Of a stretch of 64,000 nucleotides of DNA, positions 1-10,004 are shown piece after piece. Where the stretch lies: positions 2,261 through 66,260 of the forward strand of contig JASHPL010000454.1 in NCBI GenBank assembly GCA_030038125.1. Direction: 5' to 3'. The DNA comes from Candidatus Sulfotelmatobacter sp. (GTDB lineage: Bacteria; Acidobacteriota; Terriglobia; Terriglobales; Acidobacteriaceae). The position numbers were made by a program, and so were the translations under genes. The stretch's first letter is position 1, and the number at the start of each line of letters is the position of its first letter. The notes below the pieces were generated by a model. The model worked only from the letters and a program-made list of their open reading frames with translations, searched no databases and was not told where the DNA came from.

Positions 1-333
1 ACCAAACCGAAAGGATTGCTGGAAGGGATCTGGTGGTTGCTGAATCCCCCGCAGCGCCGCTGCACGGCTGTTTGCATTCCCCCAGGAGCGCGTTTGTTGT
101 TGCGGAACGTTTCCGACAAATTACGACGAGAATTTGGCCTGGAGAACCAAGCGGAAGAGGTCGTCTTCACTCAGACCGGCGTCAGCATAGGATTTCGCGA
201 CGCGATTCGCATTGCAGATGGCCGTGAAATCTCCATGCAACGGTTGAATGAAGGTGTGAAAGCGCGCGTGCTTTCAATGTCCTCGGCCGAGGACACGATC
301 CCCGCTCTGGAAGAAGATTTCTTGAGATGGTAG
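1..333 (+). CDS. possible 3' end of a CDS entering from upstream (hypothetical protein)
   Basis: Frame 1 is open from base 1 to TAG at 331-333 (track ORF 16-333). No motif recognised. Convergent with the next gene. Confidence 0.25.
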   Translation, partial: TKPKGLLEGIWWLLNPPQRRCTAVCIPPGARLLLRNVSDKLRREFGLENQAEEVVFTQTGVSIGFRDAIRIADGREISMQRLNEGVKARVLSMSSAEDTIPALEEDFLRW

Positions 334-466
334 AAGGTCGTTGACTGGGGATAGATCCGATGCGCTTCGTCATTCGCCTGCGTGTCGAGGTTTTGAGGGA
401 AATGCCGGATACTTTGAACCTCCAAGACAAGCGCGTGAGCCGGTTGCAGCGCGCATAGGATAGCAA

Positions 467-2320
467 TCAGTCAGAATGAGGTTTTGCCGACATTGGGAAC
501 TGCATCGTACGGGTAATGCCTTCACCTTCTTTCACGAAGATCAGCTGATTCGGTTTGATGTCCTTCAGCGTGTCCACTTGCCCGCTGGGCCAGCGAATTT
601 CCAGCGTCTCGACTTTCTCTGCTTTTTCCAGCCCGAAGTGAATTCGTAAATCGTTCTGTGAAATGTAACTCCCGCCGCTCCGCACTTCATCAATTTGACG
701 GTGTGGCTTCGCTTCGCCCGCAACGCGGGTGATGCAGGTCAGTCTCGCCCCAATTGCGCTGCGATTCGACTTCGTGCCGATGAGGCGAATCTTGATCCAG
801 TTGCTGTCGAGCTTTGAATCGCATCGCAAAAGCTGGGGATAGCCGTTGACCGTGTTGACGACCACATCGATGTCGCCATCATTGTCGAAATCTCCGAAGG
901 CGCAGCCGCGCGACGCCACAGGGTCGGAAATTCCCGATCCCACCTGAAAAGAAATATCGGCGAAATGACCGTTGCGCAGATTGCGGTAAAGGAGTTTGCG
1001 CTGCGCATATCCAGCTTCTGTCTTCAACTGCTCGACTTCCGGATAGACATGCCCGTTGCAAATCAAAATGTCGGGCCAGCCGTCATTGTCGAAATCGAAA
1101 AAGCCGACGCCCCAGCCAAGAAATTGCGTGTGCGCTCCCAATCCCGCGGTGAAGGTCGCGTCTTCAAAACTGCCTCCACCTTGATTGTGGTAAAGCGAAG
1201 GAGTATCGCCGGCAAAATTCGTCTTCACAATATCGAGATTGCCATCGAGATCATAATCACCGGCGGAAACTCCCATTCCCGCCTGCGGCTTGCCGTCGGG
1301 ACTAAGCGCGCATCCGGATTCGATGGCGACATCTTCGAACGTGCCGTTCTTCTTGTTGTGATAGAGAGCGCTGGCGGTGGAGTCGTCGGCAACGTAGATG
1401 TCGGGCCAGCCGTCGTTGTCGAAATCAGCGGTCAGCACGCCGAGGCCGTATGTCCCATTCGCCTTGAAAATGCCGGCAGATTCGGAAACGTCGGTGAATG
1501 TGCCGTCACCATTGTTGTGGTAGAGAATGTTTTTGCCTCCCTGCAATCCGGGAGGGCCGCAGGCCACCAACACTCCTTTATAGAGACACGGGCCCGATTC
1601 CGGGACCGGAGCAGTGGCCAGATCCATATCGATGTAATTGGCGACGAACAGATCAAGCCGGCCGTCGCGATCATAGTCCACGAAAGCGCAGCCTGTGTTC
1701 CAGCGCGTGCCCTTGCCCGCCACTCCGGCTTTCTGGCTGACATCGGTGAAAGTGCCATCACCATTGTTGCGATAAAGGACGTTCTTGCCAAAGTAGGTGA
1801 CGTACAAATCGTCCCATCCGTCATTGTCATAGTCGCCGACGCAGACGCCCTGTCCCCAGCCGGAATGCGCCACGCCCGCCTTGAGGGTGACATCGGTAAA
1901 GGTTCCGTCGCGATTGTTCTTGAAAAGATGGGACGTGGGCTCGCTGCCGGAGGGAAATCCTTCCAGACGCCAGCCGTTCACCAGAAAAATATCAAGCCAG
2001 CCGTCGTTGTCGTAGTCGTAAAAGGCGACGCCACATCCCGTGGTTTCGAGGAGATATTTGTTTTTGTGTTCGCCGCCAAAGATGGTTTTGACGTTCAATC
2101 CCGCTTCGCGGGCGACATTAACGAAGCTGACGCCAGGATCACGCGCAGGGTTGGATTGTTCTTCTTTTTTCGCCGGCGACGCCGCTTGACCGAAAAGCAA
2201 CCGGCCGCGCGGACGTGCCCATGCCAAAATGCTTTCCAGCGGAAGCACGAGAGCGGAACGGCTCAAAGATTGTAAGAACCCACGGCGTGACCGGAACAAG
2301 AGGTTGATACCTGAACCCAC
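467..2320 (-). CDS. ASPIC/UnbV (CRTAC1-like) FG-GAP/VCBS repeat protein, Tat-type leader
   Basis: 617 aa. Repeated DxDxDGxxD FG-GAP motifs (YDYDNDGWLDIF, GDYDNDGWDDLY, VDYDRDGRLDLF, FDFDNDGWPDIL). C-terminal UnbV-like 'IGARL...SGGSYISQND...IRWPSG'. N-terminus FRSRRGFLQSL resembles a twin-arginine signal. GTG start. Confidence 0.9.
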   Translation of the reverse strand: MGSGINLLFRSRRGFLQSLSRSALVLPLESILAWARPRGRLLFGQAASPAKKEEQSNPARDPGVSFVNVAREAGLNVKTIFGGEHKNKYLLETTGCGVAFYDYDNDGWLDIFLVNGWRLEGFPSGSEPTSHLFKNNRDGTFTDVTLKAGVAHSGWGQGVCVGDYDNDGWDDLYVTYFGKNVLYRNNGDGTFTDVSQKAGVAGKGTRWNTGCAFVDYDRDGRLDLFVANYIDMDLATAPVPESGPCLYKGVLVACGPPGLQGGKNILYHNNGDGTFTDVSESAGIFKANGTYGLGVLTADFDNDGWPDIYVADDSTASALYHNKKNGTFEDVAIESGCALSPDGKPQAGMGVSAGDYDLDGNLDIVKTNFAGDTPSLYHNQGGGSFEDATFTAGLGAHTQFLGWGVGFFDFDNDGWPDILICNGHVYPEVEQLKTEAGYAQRKLLYRNLRNGHFADISFQVGSGISDPVASRGCAFGDFDNDGDIDVVVNTVNGYPQLLRCDSKLDSNWIKIRLIGTKSNRSAIGARLTCITRVAGEAKPHRQIDEVRSGGSYISQNDLRIHFGLEKAEKVETLEIRWPSGQVDTLKDIKPNQLIFVKEGEGITRTMQFPMSAKPHSD

Positions 2321-2410
2321 TCGGCTGGCTGATTTCCGCCCTCAATTCTTATATTCAGGCGAGCAGGAGATTGCAACTTAAGGGCGAGCCGAGATCGGAT
2401 CAGTATTTCC

Positions 2411-3676
2411 TCAATGCTTACCGGCGCGAACCGAGATCAAATCTGTCGTCACCGGAACTCCTCGGGTGATCTTCACCCGCAGCAAGGCCTCGAACGGCTT
2501 CAGTTCCTCAGACCTGGAGACATGTAACTGCTGCAGCAATTCAGCGACCCGATCGGGGCGGGAAACAAATTCGGCGGCGGCTTGCGTGCCAATCGTCGTT
2601 GTTCCAGCCAGGATCAGCATCGTGCGAGCCGGGTCGAGTCCCGGGCCTAAACTGATGACAGCATAGTCTTCGGTAGTTGGCTGTCCGGAGGGAGTTGCCA
2701 TGTACATCTCCGCTTCTCCTGGAAGCGGATGGACGTTGAGCAGGGCCAAATCTCCCTTCCGCGGGCCGCTCTGCGCCCGTTGGAAAACAAACTCCTGCGT
2801 CCCGGGAATTTCGAGCAGGGTGAGATTCTCCGCCGGAGAGCCGATAAAGATAAGGTCGTTATTTTTCGCGTCGTCCAGCGAAAAAAGGGAGCCGCGCTTG
2901 ACTCGAATCTGCTGTTGAAACAACCCAAACACGTGATCCAGTTGATGAATCGCCAGAACTTCCCCGACCCCGGTGTAGTGGTCGAGGATCGTATCTGGAG
3001 AATCGGCAGCGGGATTGAAGTAGCGCATTCCCGTCTCCGGCCGCCCAATAAAACTTCCGTTGCTGAAGATCACCCAAGGCTGCTGCGGACTGGTCACGAA
3101 GCGATTCCAGAAAACCTTGTAGGCCTGAGGAATGGAGTTGGCCGTCGCGGCAGCGCTGGCTTGCGATCTCGAGGCCCACACCGCCCATGTCGTTCCCAGA
3201 GCAACGATCAGCAGGATCGCGAGTCCGGCAGAAACAACCATCCAGGGATTGAGCTTGCGTCGCGCACTCGCAGGCTTCGGAAAATGTTCGAGGGCGATGG
3301 GTTGCGCCGGAATTGGCTGTTCCAAAGTCCGAACATGGAATGAGAGTTGGTAAGAACCCTTTGGCAGATCCACGACGATGGGATCGTCGATGCCTTCGTG
3401 GCCATAGTACTCGGCCAACTTCATGCGCAAGCGCCCAGCTTGCACTCGAACGGTTGAATCGCTCTGCGGATCAAAACTGGCAGCTCGGCCCAACACCTCG
3501 GTTGCGATCTGGTATTCCTTGAGCGCGAGTCCAGGATGATCGAGTGAGTGCTCCGCCAGATAACGCAGTAAGCGGCAAAGCGATTCCGACCCCCGCAGGA
3601 TATGGCTATTGGTAAGCTTCTCTATTTGCTGGAAGCACTGGTCTCGCCCCGCAAGCCACGCCCGCGTCAAAGACAT
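2411..3676 (-). CDS. membrane-anchored putative transcriptional regulator (winged-helix-like N-domain, one TM, periplasmic domain of unknown function)
   Basis: 421 aa. N-terminal 'LKEYQIATEVLGRAASFDPQSDSTVRVQAGRLRMKLAEYYGHEGIDDPIVVDLPKGSYQLSF' resembles the recognition-helix/wing half of OmpR/CadC-type DNA-binding domains. Single TM (WMVVSAGLAILLIVALGTTWAVW). Divergent from the TonB-dependent receptor. Confidence 0.55.
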   Translation of the reverse strand: MSLTRAWLAGRDQCFQQIEKLTNSHILRGSESLCRLLRYLAEHSLDHPGLALKEYQIATEVLGRAASFDPQSDSTVRVQAGRLRMKLAEYYGHEGIDDPIVVDLPKGSYQLSFHVRTLEQPIPAQPIALEHFPKPASARRKLNPWMVVSAGLAILLIVALGTTWAVWASRSQASAAATANSIPQAYKVFWNRFVTSPQQPWVIFSNGSFIGRPETGMRYFNPAADSPDTILDHYTGVGEVLAIHQLDHVFGLFQQQIRVKRGSLFSLDDAKNNDLIFIGSPAENLTLLEIPGTQEFVFQRAQSGPRKGDLALLNVHPLPGEAEMYMATPSGQPTTEDYAVISLGPGLDPARTMLILAGTTTIGTQAAAEFVSRPDRVAELLQQLHVSRSEELKPFEALLRVKITRGVPVTTDLISVRAGKH

Positions 3677-3869
3677 TTAACACCACGTAACAGGGGTTCC
3701 TATATTACTGCAAAACAATCGGATTAGTCCTGTAACGTTTTCAAACCTAGTGAAACTTGCCGCGATAGTAGGTTTGTACTACCACTTGCAAGCTTATCTC
3801 ACAGTTGTGTCTTCGCAGTCTGGGGTTTTCTAAAAATTTGAGCTCGGGAAAGTTCCGGGGAGGAAGTGC

Positions 3870-6800
3870 ATGAACCGTTCACTACTCGCCTTTGTGACCG
3901 TGTTTGGACTTCTGTTCAGCCTGTGGGTGCCTTTGGCTTCCGGCCAAGCGGTCTTCGGAAACGTTATTGGAACGATCACCGATCCTTCCGGCGCTGCCGT
4001 AGCAAGTGCAAAAGTGACGGTGAAGAGCCAGACGAAGGGGACATCATACGAGGCGACTACGAACGCCAGCGGCAACTACACCGTGACGCACCTCATCCCC
4101 GATGTGTATGAAGTCACGGTTGAAGGACAAGGCTTCAAGACGCTGGACTTTCAGAACATCAGCGTCTCTGCTGACACTGATACTCGCATCGACGGGCAGT
4201 TCCAACTTGGATCGACAACAGAGCAGGTCGAAGTAACGGCGGAAGCTCCCGAGCTGAAGACGGATCGTGCGGACGTCTCGATCGAGTTCAATCAGAGGTA
4301 CGTCGAAGACCTGCCGATCATGAACCGAAACTTCACCAGCTTCGAACTGCTCTCGCCTGGCACGCAGAAATTGGTGGGTTGGAGTCATGCTGCGACGGAG
4401 AATCCGCAGGGCAGTCAGCAGATCTTCGTGAACGGCCAGCACTTCAGCGGCACGGCATTTGAACTGGACGGCACAGATAATCAGGATCCAATCCTGGGAA
4501 TTATCGTAGTGAATCCCAACCTCGACGCCATCCAGGAAACAAAGGTCGATTTGCAGAATTATGACGCCGAGTTCGGAAAAGCGCTGGGCGGAGTTGTCAC
4601 CGTTCAAACGAAATCGGGGACGAATGATTTCCACGGCGAGGGCTTCTGGTTCCGGCGTACGGACGCGACTGCAGCGCGCGATCCCTTCACGCAGTATCCA
4701 GGGTCAAACCCAAACGGGCCAATTATTCCCCATGATAAATGGCAACAGTTCGGCGCGACGTTCGGCGGCCCAATCATGAAAGACAAGCTCTTTTTCTTTG
4801 GGGATTATCAGGGCACTCGGGAAGCCAGCGGATTGACCAATCTGGTCACGGTGCCTACGGCTCTGGCGGCTAGCACATGTAATCCGCTAACGAATGCATC
4901 GAGCGCCACACCGGGTTATTGTGATCTTAGTCAATACTTGACGGCAGGCCTCAGCGGCGGCGGACAGGCTTACGACCCAACCACGGGAGTTCAGGTTGGA
5001 CAATCAGGAACCCCTGGTACGGGCCGAACCGCATTCGGACCCGCCAGCGCTTGTCCAAACAACTGCATTCCCATTTCTCGAATGCTGCTTCCGAATGGTC
5101 AGCCCACCCCGTCGGCGAAGATTCTCGCGATGTTTCCAGCACCAACAACCAGCGCGGTATATAACAACTTCGTCGGTGGCGGCACGGGCAGTTTCAGCCA
5201 AAACAGCTTCGACACCCGTGTCGACTTTGCTGCCAAGCCGACCGTGCAGATATTCGGCCGTTTCAGCTTCGACCACTTTGACCTTTCCGGCCAAGGCGTT
5301 TACGGGGTCTTACAAGGCATCGGAGACGGGCCTGGCGGACTCGCTGGGAGTTCGAAAGTTCACAACTACAGCTTGGCGTCGGGTGTGACCAAGACCTTCA
5401 GCTCGACATTGCTCGGCGATTTTCGTTTTGGATACTTCAAATACAATCCCCGCGCCAACAAACCTGATGTTGGCACAACGCCGATGACAAATGTGGGTAT
5501 TCCCAACGCTAATTTTACTGGGAGCCAAGCCTTGTTTACCTCCGGCTGGGGTGGTTTCCTCTTCAACCAAACCCCCTCTTCCAGTTCCAACAATGGCGAC
5601 GTGACATTTGGCGACGGATTAGGCGTAGGCCGCTGCAACTGTCCGCTGCTGGAGAGCGAACAGCAGTTCCAGTGGGTCGGCAACATCACCAAGATTCACG
5701 GCAACCATCAATTCAAGTTTGGGGCTGATATTCGCTACGCGATGAATCTACGCGTACCCAGCGACGCCGGGCGCGCGGGCGATTACACGTTCGACTATCA
5801 CACCACATCAAACGGCGGCAGCGGCGGTCTGGATTGGGCGACCTTCTTGCTCGGCGACGCAACTCAAGTGAGCCGATATGTGAGCACAGTTCTCGATGCT
5901 GCCGAGCGACAGCATCGCATGTTCTACTACGGGCAGGATACATGGCGCGTCACGCCAAAGTTCACGCTCAACTATGGCTTGCGATGGGAAGTTTATTTCC
6001 CAGAATACGTCAACGGCAAGGACCACGGAGGTTTCGCGAATCTCGTTCAGGGAATCGATCGGATCGCCGGCGAAGGGCCATATGGTCTCAATGGCAATAT
6101 CAACAACGACTGGCATTATTTCGCTCCGCGAGTGGGCATCGCCTATCAGCTGAGGGAGAAGACAGTCCTGCGCATGGGATATGGGCGCAGCTACGACATG
6201 GGCGTGTTCGGATCGAACTTCGGACATACCGTCACACAAACCTTGCCGGTGCTAGCGGCGCAGCTGGCTCAAGGTCCGAACACCGATGTACCTGCCTTTA
6301 ACCTGGCGCAGGGACCTCCAATCTTCACCTTCCCCGCCATTCCATCCAGTGGATATTTTCCGATAGCGGGACCGAACTGCTATCAGCAGTCTTTAATCGT
6401 TAATGGCCAGAACAGCCAATTGTGCATTCAGCCTCATATTCGCCCGACCTTCCAGCGGCTTCCTGAACTGGATGCCTGGAATGCTACGGTCGAGCATCAA
6501 CTCACCAACACGACGACCGTGACTGTCTCCTATGTGGGCAATAAAGGCACGCACGTCTTCGCCACCGGCGACGGGCCGACCTATAACGTGAACCAGCCAC
6601 ACGCGGGCGCTGGGTCGAACGCCACCGGAGCGTTTGTTCCCAACGTTCCACTAAACTACCGCCGGCCGTTCTTCAACCGATTTAGCTACCCGGGCTACGC
6701 GGACCCGACAAATACGGCGGTAAATTTCCCCGGCGCACCCAATCAGACACCGGGCGTCCTGCAGTGCTGCTCTACCGACCAAGGCAACTATCTGGGCAAC

Positions 6801-7589
6801 GATGCCAGCAGCAAATACAACGCATTTCAGATGGAAGTGGAGAAGCGTTTCTCCCATGGGCTGCAAGTACTCTCGCACTACACGTTCGCCCATGCCTGGG
6901 CGTACGGCGGAACTTATTACGCGGACGACCCCAAAGTTGCGTACGGACCCGATGACGAGGTGCGCAACAATCTCTGGGTGAACAACGTGGTCTATGCGCT
7001 GCCTTTTGGACGAGGGCAGTCGTTTGCGGGAAATGCGACCCGGCTGGAAGACGAGTTCATTGGCGGATGGCAGATTTCGGGCACAACTACCTGGGGAAGT
7101 GGTCTGCCCTGGTCGCCTACGTTTAGCGGGTGCGGGTTGGATAACGACGTGAACGTTTGTTATCCGAGCAAAGGGACGGGATCGTTCAACACTCACGTAG
7201 GATCGTATAACGCGGTTACGCACGCAGTCCCATTTTTCACCCCCGTGCCCACCATCCTAGGACAGACCAGCGGCGGGCCGTTCATCGATCCGGGCGTGGG
7301 AAACATCGGCAATTACGGTTATGACGTGTTCCGCGGCCCCAGGGCGTTCTTTGCCGATGCCTCCCTGCTCAAGAACATTCCGATTACCGAGCGCGTGAGA
7401 GCTCAGTTCCGCATGGATGCCTTTAACGTATTCAATCACCCTGCGCTGGGATTCGGCCAAGGCACCAGCTTGTGCGTCGATTGCTCGGGAGGGACAAACG
7501 GCGAGATAACGAACATCGAGCAGGACGCCTCACCCGGATCGGCCACTGGCATGCGGCAGCTCGAGTTTGCATTAAAAGTAATTTTCTAA
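3870..7589 (+). CDS. TonB-dependent outer-membrane receptor with N-terminal carboxypeptidase-regulatory-like domain
   Basis: 1239 aa. Signal peptide MNRSLLAFVTVFGLLFSLWVPLASGQ. CarboxypepD_reg-like 'GTITDPSGAAVASAKVTVKSQTKGTSYEATTNASGNYTVTHLIPDVYEV'. Plug-like region and long beta-barrel. C-terminal '...LEFALKVIF' aromatic OMP terminus. Confidence 0.9.
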   Translation: MNRSLLAFVTVFGLLFSLWVPLASGQAVFGNVIGTITDPSGAAVASAKVTVKSQTKGTSYEATTNASGNYTVTHLIPDVYEVTVEGQGFKTLDFQNISVSADTDTRIDGQFQLGSTTEQVEVTAEAPELKTDRADVSIEFNQRYVEDLPIMNRNFTSFELLSPGTQKLVGWSHAATENPQGSQQIFVNGQHFSGTAFELDGTDNQDPILGIIVVNPNLDAIQETKVDLQNYDAEFGKALGGVVTVQTKSGTNDFHGEGFWFRRTDATAARDPFTQYPGSNPNGPIIPHDKWQQFGATFGGPIMKDKLFFFGDYQGTREASGLTNLVTVPTALAASTCNPLTNASSATPGYCDLSQYLTAGLSGGGQAYDPTTGVQVGQSGTPGTGRTAFGPASACPNNCIPISRMLLPNGQPTPSAKILAMFPAPTTSAVYNNFVGGGTGSFSQNSFDTRVDFAAKPTVQIFGRFSFDHFDLSGQGVYGVLQGIGDGPGGLAGSSKVHNYSLASGVTKTFSSTLLGDFRFGYFKYNPRANKPDVGTTPMTNVGIPNANFTGSQALFTSGWGGFLFNQTPSSSSNNGDVTFGDGLGVGRCNCPLLESEQQFQWVGNITKIHGNHQFKFGADIRYAMNLRVPSDAGRAGDYTFDYHTTSNGGSGGLDWATFLLGDATQVSRYVSTVLDAAERQHRMFYYGQDTWRVTPKFTLNYGLRWEVYFPEYVNGKDHGGFANLVQGIDRIAGEGPYGLNGNINNDWHYFAPRVGIAYQLREKTVLRMGYGRSYDMGVFGSNFGHTVTQTLPVLAAQLAQGPNTDVPAFNLAQGPPIFTFPAIPSSGYFPIAGPNCYQQSLIVNGQNSQLCIQPHIRPTFQRLPELDAWNATVEHQLTNTTTVTVSYVGNKGTHVFATGDGPTYNVNQPHAGAGSNATGAFVPNVPLNYRRPFFNRFSYPGYADPTNTAVNFPGAPNQTPGVLQCCSTDQGNYLGNDASSKYNAFQMEVEKRFSHGLQVLSHYTFAHAWAYGGTYYADDPKVAYGPDDEVRNNLWVNNVVYALPFGRGQSFAGNATRLEDEFIGGWQISGTTTWGSGLPWSPTFSGCGLDNDVNVCYPSKGTGSFNTHVGSYNAVTHAVPFFTPVPTILGQTSGGPFIDPGVGNIGNYGYDVFRGPRAFFADASLLKNIPITERVRAQFRMDAFNVFNHPALGFGQGTSLCVDCSGGTNGEITNIEQDASPGSATGMRQLEFALKVIF

Positions 7590-7612
7590 ACGCGAACCGC
7601 GGTTCAACCGAG

Positions 7613-7645
7613 GGAGTCCTGCGGGACTCCCTCTTTCGTTCTCGC
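7613..7645 (+). terminator. rho-independent terminator after the TonB-dependent receptor gene
   Basis: Perfect 10-bp stem GAGGGAGTCC (7613-7622) / GGACTCCCTC (7627-7636), loop TGCG, followed by TTTCGTTCT. Confidence 0.7.
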
Positions 7646-7683
7646 GATACAATGAGTCCTCTCTGCTCGAACAGGCAAAGACG

Positions 7684-9372
7684 TTGGGCCTCGACCGGAA
7701 CCATCCCCGAGTGAAACTATGTGCGCTGGGGTTGGGTGTCATCTTGTGTTCCGCTTCACCGCAAGCCGCAGTTTTTCACCATGGAGCCACGGAGGCACAG
7801 CGGAAAGCTGCCTATGTCGGCAATGAGGCGTGCGCGAAATGCCATGCCGCGATTTATCAGTCATATCAGAAGACGGCGATGGCGCATGCCAGCGGCCCGG
7901 CTCTCGACGCGCTTACTCCGGCCGATTTCACGCACAAGCCGTCGGGCGTTCATTATCGGATTTACAGCGAGAACGGGCGAGCGTGGCTGAGCTTCGAGCG
8001 TCCGGGCGACCCGGAGATGCGGGGCAAGCGCGAGCTTCTCTATTACATCGGCTCGGGACGGCGCGGCCGAACTTACCTTTTCGAAAATGACGGCTTCCTC
8101 TTCGAATCGCCGGTAAACTGGTATGCCGACAAGCATCTATGGGACACCGCACCCTCGTATCAGTCGGCAAGCGAGGCTCCGCTTGATCTTTTGGCTTATG
8201 CCAGTTGTCTGCATTGCCATGTGAGCGGGATGCATGCCCCGGAGAAAGGCACGGAAAATCGTTATCCTAAGCCGCCATTCGAGCAAAATGGCATAAGCTG
8301 CGAGCGCTGCCATGGCCCGGGAGCGGCGCATGTTGCCGGCGGAGCGATCGTCAACCCAGCGAAGCTCGCGCCGGCACGACGGGATGAAGTCTGCATGCAA
8401 TGTCATCTGGAGGGTAAGGTCGCCATTGAGCGAGCCGGGCGGCATGTTTACGAGTATCGCCCCGGCGACAAGCTTTCCGACTATATCCGCTATTTCGAAC
8501 TGATTGGCGCGCAAGGAACAGCTCTGGGCGCGGTCAGCCAGGTGGAAGCGCTGGCTCAGAGCGAGTGCAGGAAAAAATCGGGAGACGCGATGTCGTGCAC
8601 CAGTTGCCACAATCCGCACGAGAGCGTGTCGGCGGAAAATCGCGTGGCGTATTTTCGCGCGAAGTGCCTGGCGTGCCACAGCGCGGCATTTGGCGCAAAA
8701 CATCATCCCGATCAGCCGGACTGCACCGGCTGTCACATGCCGGCCTCGGCGAGCGCCGATGTAGCGCACACGCAGGTAACGGATCATCGCATTCCGCGGA
8801 ATTCGCAAGTTGCGCCCCAGTTGCTGCAGGATGCGACGACAACGTCATCGCTGCCACGGCTGGTTGCATTTCCGAACGATGGGAGCGCCACGGATCTTCG
8901 CGATCTTGCGCTGGCGTGGACTTCGCTCGCAAAGAGCGAGATGACTGACGCCGAGCCGGAAGCGCGGAACGAGCTTTCGCAAGCCGTGAAGCAGTCCCCG
9001 GATGATCCAGCAATTCTTTCGGCGCTTGGCTACATCGAGCAGGAACGCGGGAACATCGATGATGCGCGCCAGCTCTATCAGCGGGCTCTGGCAATTGATC
9101 CGGATTTGACCGATGCCGCATCGAATCTCGGCGTCATTGAAGGACGTGAAGGCCATATGGAGGCGGCGCTGAAACTGTGGCTTGCGGCGTTTCAAAAGGC
9201 TCCCTACCGAAGCAGTATCGGCCTGAACATTGCGCGGGCCTATTGCGCGGAAGAAAAATTTTCCGACGCTCGCACGTATGTGCTGCGCGTGCTGGAGTTC
9301 AATCCCGATCTTGGACGCGCAAAGCAGATGCTGCAGCCGTTGAATCGTGTGCCGCCGAGTTGCGCCAATTAA
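7684..9372 (+). CDS. secreted heptaheme c-type cytochrome fused to C-terminal TPR repeats
   Basis: 562 aa. Seven CxxCH motifs (CAKCH, CLHCH, CERCH, CMQCH, CTSCH, CLACH, CTGCH). Hydrophobic leader KLCALGLGVILCSASPQAAV. C-terminal third is TPR-like (ALGYIEQERGNIDDARQLYQRALAIDPDLTDA...). The start is a TTG; a GTG at 7711 is an alternative. Confidence 0.85.
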   Translation: MGLDRNHPRVKLCALGLGVILCSASPQAAVFHHGATEAQRKAAYVGNEACAKCHAAIYQSYQKTAMAHASGPALDALTPADFTHKPSGVHYRIYSENGRAWLSFERPGDPEMRGKRELLYYIGSGRRGRTYLFENDGFLFESPVNWYADKHLWDTAPSYQSASEAPLDLLAYASCLHCHVSGMHAPEKGTENRYPKPPFEQNGISCERCHGPGAAHVAGGAIVNPAKLAPARRDEVCMQCHLEGKVAIERAGRHVYEYRPGDKLSDYIRYFELIGAQGTALGAVSQVEALAQSECRKKSGDAMSCTSCHNPHESVSAENRVAYFRAKCLACHSAAFGAKHHPDQPDCTGCHMPASASADVAHTQVTDHRIPRNSQVAPQLLQDATTTSSLPRLVAFPNDGSATDLRDLALAWTSLAKSEMTDAEPEARNELSQAVKQSPDDPAILSALGYIEQERGNIDDARQLYQRALAIDPDLTDAASNLGVIEGREGHMEAALKLWLAAFQKAPYRSSIGLNIARAYCAEEKFSDARTYVLRVLEFNPDLGRAKQMLQPLNRVPPSCAN

Positions 9373-9434
9373 GAAGCATTCAAATCGAAACGCTCGTCGG
9401 CAAGGATCGAGCACAATAAAGTTCGAGCACATTT

Positions 9435-10004
9435 ATGAATGAATTTCGCAAGATGGTCCGGCTGGCTGCTATGGTGGCTTTTCTTTCCATTTCTACGACT
9501 GGGGTTGCGCAGAGCGGCTATGACTTGGACGGGAGGAACATCGATCCTTTGGCTTCGTCTTCCGGGAAAGTGGTTGTGCTGGTTTTTGTGCGCCGGGATT
9601 GTCCTGTGTCAAGCCGCTATGCTCCACGGATCCAACAGATCAGTGACGAACACAGGCATGACGCGAATTTCTGGCTGGTTGATCCTGACAAAGGCGATTC
9701 GGCCGACGCGGTCCGCAAATATCTTGCGGACTACGGATATCATCTGCCGGCCCTCCGCGATCCGAACCAGGCGCTGGTGAAGCTGGCGCATGTTGAGATT
9801 ACGCCGGAGGTCGCGGTTTTCGATCAGCATCGTCGACTCGTTTACGACGGACGCATTGACAATTGGTATGTCGATCTTACGCGCTCGCGTCCAGCGGCAA
9901 CAACGCACGAACTGGAAGATGCGATTCGCGCCGCGCTCGATGGCAGGCCAGTGGCTCGCCGCGAAGTCAGAGGAGTGGGATGTTACATCTCCGACATCGA
10001 ATAA
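9435..10004 (+). CDS. secreted thioredoxin-fold (redoxin/AhpC-TSA-like) protein with CxxS active-site motif
   Basis: 189 aa. Signal peptide MVRLAAMVAFLSISTTGVAQS. 'GKVVVLVFVRRDCPVSSRYAPRI' is the thioredoxin-fold active-site context, but with CPVS rather than CxxC. Confidence 0.7.
   Translation: MNEFRKMVRLAAMVAFLSISTTGVAQSGYDLDGRNIDPLASSSGKVVVLVFVRRDCPVSSRYAPRIQQISDEHRHDANFWLVDPDKGDSADAVRKYLADYGYHLPALRDPNQALVKLAHVEITPEVAVFDQHRRLVYDGRIDNWYVDLTRSRPAATTHELEDAIRAALDGRPVARREVRGVGCYISDIE

Noticed and set aside
965-2275. 436-aa plus-strand ORF overlapping the CRTAC1-like gene. Similar long antisense ORFs occur at 9983-11083, 23773-25065, 44531-45829, 52269-53228 and 54827-56281.
   Set aside because: Each lies exactly antisense to a gene with strong family motifs. 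Their translations are R/G/A/V-rich low-information sequence typical of stop-codon-poor antisense frames in high-GC DNA. No motif was recognised.
9863-9979. Upstream extension (39 aa) of the heme/copper-monooxygenase-like ORF.
   Set aside because: The extension is R/S-rich and overlaps the thioredoxin-fold gene by 142 nt. The ATG at 9980 gives a proper membrane anchor and a short coupling overlap.
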